DNA of 51,422 bases, filler included, from Sphacelaria rigidula (taxonomy: Eukaryota), in assembly GCA_964200075.2 (NCBI GenBank). It is 3 parts of 3 records of this genome, joined end to end, with 100 filler letters (N's around TTAATTAATTAA, not from the genome) between each part and the next. Parts side by side here need not be neighbours in the genome. Positions count along the whole stretch, not along the records: positions 34,365 to 51,422 come from CAXNAA020001176.1; 2 more parts are not named here. One strand, given 5' to 3'. This document shows, one piece after another, positions 48,501-51,422 of this stretch; the first letter of the stretch is position 1; the number at the start of each line of letters is the position of its first letter. The notes beneath the pieces were generated by a model. That model was not told where the DNA came from, did not search any database, and saw nothing but the letters and a program-made list of their open reading frames with translations. The translations under genes were made by a program, and so were the position numbers.

Positions 48501-50520
48501 GGGTGTCAGCACGGACAGCGAGAGCGTTAGCCGTTCGACTGCAGCCTTCGTTTTCGGAATCTTTAGTGCAGAGTAATGTATTTTTGCTCTGAAAGTGAGA
48601 CACGAGCGCTTTTATGGGCATCTACAGGCGGAAAAGGTCTACTTTGAACTAAAAAAAGGCCGACAAAGGCTTCATGGGGCCGAAGACACTGTAATGCGAC
48701 CACGTCGATCAAAATATTTTCCACGTCGTGTTGTGCGTGTGTGGGAGTCATGCCTGTTGAAGAAAACGTTCGTACATGTCGCTTGCCGTATACAAATAGC
48801 AAAAAAAACAAAAGAACACGATGATCCGCGGAAATTTCAGTAAAATAGTGAGCCCTGTTCCACCGAAATTTTCAGACAACGTCGACGACAGACCTTAAGA
48901 TCAAGCAGCGAGTAGCGTCCGGCGAGGGACGGAATGGCTGTGGCGGTCTGGCCACAATTACTTTCTTCCGTTAATACCTTCCCCCAAGTATGCAATGGTT
49001 CACACAATCGTATTCGGGAAAAAACGAGAGTAAGTTGAAGTATAACATTATTCACGACTTCAGAATAAAATGGAACCTCACATTGCGGTGCCGTTTCGTG
49101 ACGAAATATTGTGGTGCGTCTCCCCCTCCCCCCCCTCCCCTGTGTCCATCAGTATCCCCAGAAATGTGATCAAATGGTGGTGCTCAGACTGAATAACAGA
49201 AAAAGCGGATGAGTGACTCTGTTGATGGGAAAAATCTTCCTGCTATTGATAGTCGTAACTTCAGTGATGCTCATGGACCTCGCGCTCGGGCCGATGGGTT
49301 AAATTTTCGGGCTGATGAGGTGTGCTCTCGGGGAAACGTAAATACTGCCGTCAGCCAGATATCAGCCACCTCCAAGTTAATGAAACCAGGTAAAACCTCT
49401 ACGCACGCACCCCCCCCCCCCCCCCCTTCCCCTCTTCCTCGCCTTTCCTTCTCTATGACAAACGCTCCCTCTTCATTTATATCATGACTTCGTTTATATC
49501 GTGTTCCAACGCGCTTTCGGTGTATCGTCGCCGCTCCTATCCCCTGCCCCGAGCACGTCCTGCCCCCCACCTCCACCCCCCCTCACGACAAGCGCTCTCG
49601 ATATTGTGTGCTCCCATTTCCGGGCAGGTCGCCGTGGGGTTCAGGGACAGAATTCGAATATATAGCGTTCTGATGGAAGGGCTGAGACTTCTGAGAGACA
49701 TTCCTCAGAAAAACTGCCGCGCGGTGTGTTATGCACATGGAGGTCACCTGTTGGCAGTCGCGAGCGGGTTCTCCGTACTCGTGTACTCTTCTACCACAGC
49801 CCAACAGGTTTATGAGACGCAGATTTGCAAATTGTGATGGAACCATCGCAGTCAGATCCAGAGTGATGTGTGTGCGTGTGTCCCAATATGTTTACCATTA
49901 GTTACGCTACTCCTATTTCTATACCAAATAGTCGAAGCAGCAGGTCATCACCTCGCACACAATCAACGAGGACGCGAGTAACTGGTTGGTGAAGAACCGG
50001 CTCTGTATCGTTAAAACCGTTTCCCAGACACGTACTCGTTCTGTACTATAACGGGGAAAAATTGAGAATGTATGGCGAGCACGTTCCGTACGTTCCTTGG
50101 CTCCTTCAGCCCGAGTCCCTTATCATGTATTTGCAAGAGTTTTCCAACACGACTAGGCAATTCTCTCATCCTTTCTTCAACATACACAGCCTGACCAGGC
50201 GTCGCCTTGATGCAAGTCCACTATTATACTGCGTACCTATATACTGTGCGTGGCGTTGGTTTTCCTCTCGTTCGGTACGCTTGCAGAGCACGATTACGTA
50301 AACGACACATGGCTAGGCGGTGGCCCAGTAGTCTCCCGTCGGTTACACGGCTCTTGCTTGCTGTCGCGCACCCCACCCGCCCCGTTTTCTCCTGTATGGA
50401 TAATATGTCCGCCAACCAGGTGCACAGTTTCTCGGGACACATAGCGGCAATCACCTTGGTGAAATGGGGCCCCCGCGACAACATACTGTTCAGTACTGGT
50501 CAGGACGGCAACGTTTATGG
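39379..50520 (+). CDS. CFAP57: Cilia- and flagella-associated protein 57 (WDR65) family, N-terminal WD40 region; gene continues beyond the window. Exons: 39379-39516, 40084-40242, 41033-41197, 41697-41864, 42523-42617, 43726-43912, 45610-45735, 46415-46587, 48338-48413, 49628-49807, 50420-50520
   Basis: Spliced translation follows CFAP57 motifs in order: LRHAFG..IRDNVAF, ILALCVSPNKRVIAVCE, CFSGDSKWLA..SNIVVWNWDKEK, NFADHTW, AFSKGF, HTAPVVAIDACLTKPIVVTVGDDRVLRVWSY, SLHPTGFQVAVGFRDRIRIY, YAHGGHLLA, FSGHIAAITLVKW. Splice phases are consistent. The start may lie in a short upstream exon (ATG at about 39245). Confidence 0.88.
40084..40242 (+). CDS. CFAP57: CFAP57-family exon
   Basis: VAMHRVDDGSVKFL...ILALCVSPNKRVIAVCE; tag/gtgaac boundaries. 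Confidence 0.85.
41033..41197 (+). CDS. CFAP57: CFAP57-family exon ending at a GC donor
   Basis: VSVYLVGNCKRIRTM...FSGDSKWLATVGSYLDSNIVVWNWDKEK; AAG|gcaagt. Confidence 0.85.
41697..41864 (+). CDS. CFAP57: CFAP57-family exon
   Basis: VDKTAQNHGFSATRVAFDPGNHNFLTTSGLNHLRLW; CAG|gtgatt. Confidence 0.8.
42523..42617 (+). CDS. CFAP57: CFAP57-family exon
   Basis: ENFADHTWIGG...MVAITDGEV; gcag/gtgagc boundaries. Confidence 0.75.
43726..43912 (+). CDS. CFAP57: CFAP57-family exon
   Basis: ...LETLMAFSKGFIVAGGGINGYLGVYENM; cacag/gtgagc boundaries. Confidence 0.8.
45610..45735 (+). CDS. CFAP57: CFAP57-family exon
   Basis: DDARDPYMLIRSF...ITLNRSAEILYAYSKTKEIL; ctgcag/gtgagg boundaries. Confidence 0.8.
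45771..45995. mobile_element. Intronic MITE with about 30-bp TIRs, contains a 10-N gap
   Basis: agacactttctacgatag..ccccaaaa / ttttgggg..ctatcgtagaaagtgtct. Confidence 0.6.
46415..46587 (+). CDS. CFAP57: CFAP57-family exon
   Basis: GNHTAPVVAIDACLTKPIVVTVGDDRVLRVWSYL; gcag/gtgagt boundaries. Confidence 0.88.
46769..46981. mobile_element. Intronic MITE, probable Tc1/mariner (TA-flanked), near-perfect TIRs
   Basis: tagaggtatctcgaactcggctcccggtatcctggttt versus aaaccaggataccgggagccgagtttgagatacctcta (1 mismatch in 38). Confidence 0.75.
47530..48190. repeat. Degenerate minisatellite-like array (GGACGTCC/GGATGTCC/ACATCC cores)
   Basis: Repeated ggacgtccatc, gggacgtccc, ggatgtcc, gacatcc motifs within an intron. 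Confidence 0.55.
48338..48413 (+). CDS. CFAP57: CFAP57-family exon
   Basis: WKCEVMHDFRNEDPNCASLHPTGFQ; acag/gtgcgc boundaries. Confidence 0.85.
49628..49807 (+). CDS. CFAP57: CFAP57-family exon
   Basis: VAVGFRDRIRIYSVLMEGLRLLRDIPQKNCRAVCYAHGGHLLAVA. Confidence 0.88.
50420..50520 (+). CDS. CFAP57: CFAP57-family exon (donor position approximate)
   Basis: VHSFSGHIAAITLVKWGPRDNILFSTGQDGNVYG WD repeat. Confidence 0.8.
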
Positions 50521-51237
50521 GTTGAGTACATGCTCAAACTTGTGTTCCCATTTACCACACAACAGTTGCGCGTCGAATATGTAAGTGTGGTGTACCGCAG
50601 TCGGAAAGTTTTGCCTTTTATATGCTTTTTTCAGCGTTAGCCTTAATGAGTGCATATGCAGATACCAATACAACGGGTTCAGGTGGTTCCGGAGACCGGA
50701 TCTCTTCGCGTTTATGAGTGTTTTGTGTGCGGTGTGAAGGAGACGGTTTTCCGAAACCGCATTATTGACTAGGTTTCTTAGCTTTTTCGGACTAGGGAGA
50801 GAATCAGATCGGGTTCGGGAAAAAATGCCCGTCTAGCGGTAGTATATTTTTTTCCCCTTTTTCCTCCCTCCAAAAAATTGCGAAGAAGGACGTGGGTTTT
50901 TCGTTTTATTTTTAGTGGTGGCTGGAGTTGTGTACTTCGGTGTTTTCGCGTTTTCTCCCTAAGCCTATGTGCATGTTGCATGGCTTGACACCGACGGTTA
51001 CTGTACCGTATAGTACAAGATTACACACGATTTGTTTATTGTTCGTACGTGTATTATTTTGTTCAAAAAATGAATGAAGACCTTGCGCCACTCACCTTCT
51101 ATTGTCTACCCTTCCCACTGGTAGACGTCAAATACATTTGTTTCAGTGAATATTGGAATAAAAATCATGCCACATCATATCAACACCTGGTTCGTTTGAA
51201 GGACGGATCGACCCCTAGAAATTCACCACTTATCCCG

Positions 51238-51416
51238 ACGTTGAGACGGGGTGGGTGGATGGGGATGGGTCTCGACTCGTACCCACGATCACACCTCCAC
51301 TCCTCAAACGGGGAGGACTGGGGAGAAGGCGGGATGGGGGGGGGGCGTTCTCATGTGTTGCTTGCCTTAGTCGTTTGACCATTGACCGCGTATCCCTTTC
51401 GAGACGGAGCACCGGG
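51238..51416. repeat. Further partial copy of the 17.5/19.4-kb repeat family
   Basis: gttgcttgccttagtcgtttga..attgacc.cg.atccctttcgagacggagcaccg shared with 19430-19487. Confidence 0.75.
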
Positions 51417-51422
51417 ATGGGG

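Overview
Eukaryotic, intron-rich and transposon-rich genomic DNA, most consistent with a brown alga (Phaeophyceae, Ectocarpus-like). The window consists of three contigs joined by artificial N-TTAATTAATTAA-N spacers (17085-17183, 34265-34364), so adjacency across these points is unproven. Three protein-coding loci are supported. (1) A minus-strand gene (17393-33056, at least 12 exons, about 1670 codons, cut off at the first spacer) encoding a degenerate EF-hand pair, a roughly 940-codon low-complexity exon rich in nucleoporin-like FxFG motifs, and C-terminal TPR repeats of the DNAJC7/Tpr2 type. (2) The 5' part of a plus-strand CFAP57/WDR65-family flagellar WD40 gene (from 39379, 11 exons traced, one GC-AG intron). 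(3) A small intronless gene (12395-12985) with two predicted TM helices fused to a WRRRGWL...EEGVLRNIVLYL C-terminal module usually seen on brown-algal/phaeovirus-type ankyrin proteins. The rest is a decayed RTE-type LINE, many MITE/foldback elements, dispersed repeat families and microsatellites. Exon models were built by hand from splice signals and phase continuity; no database searches were run.
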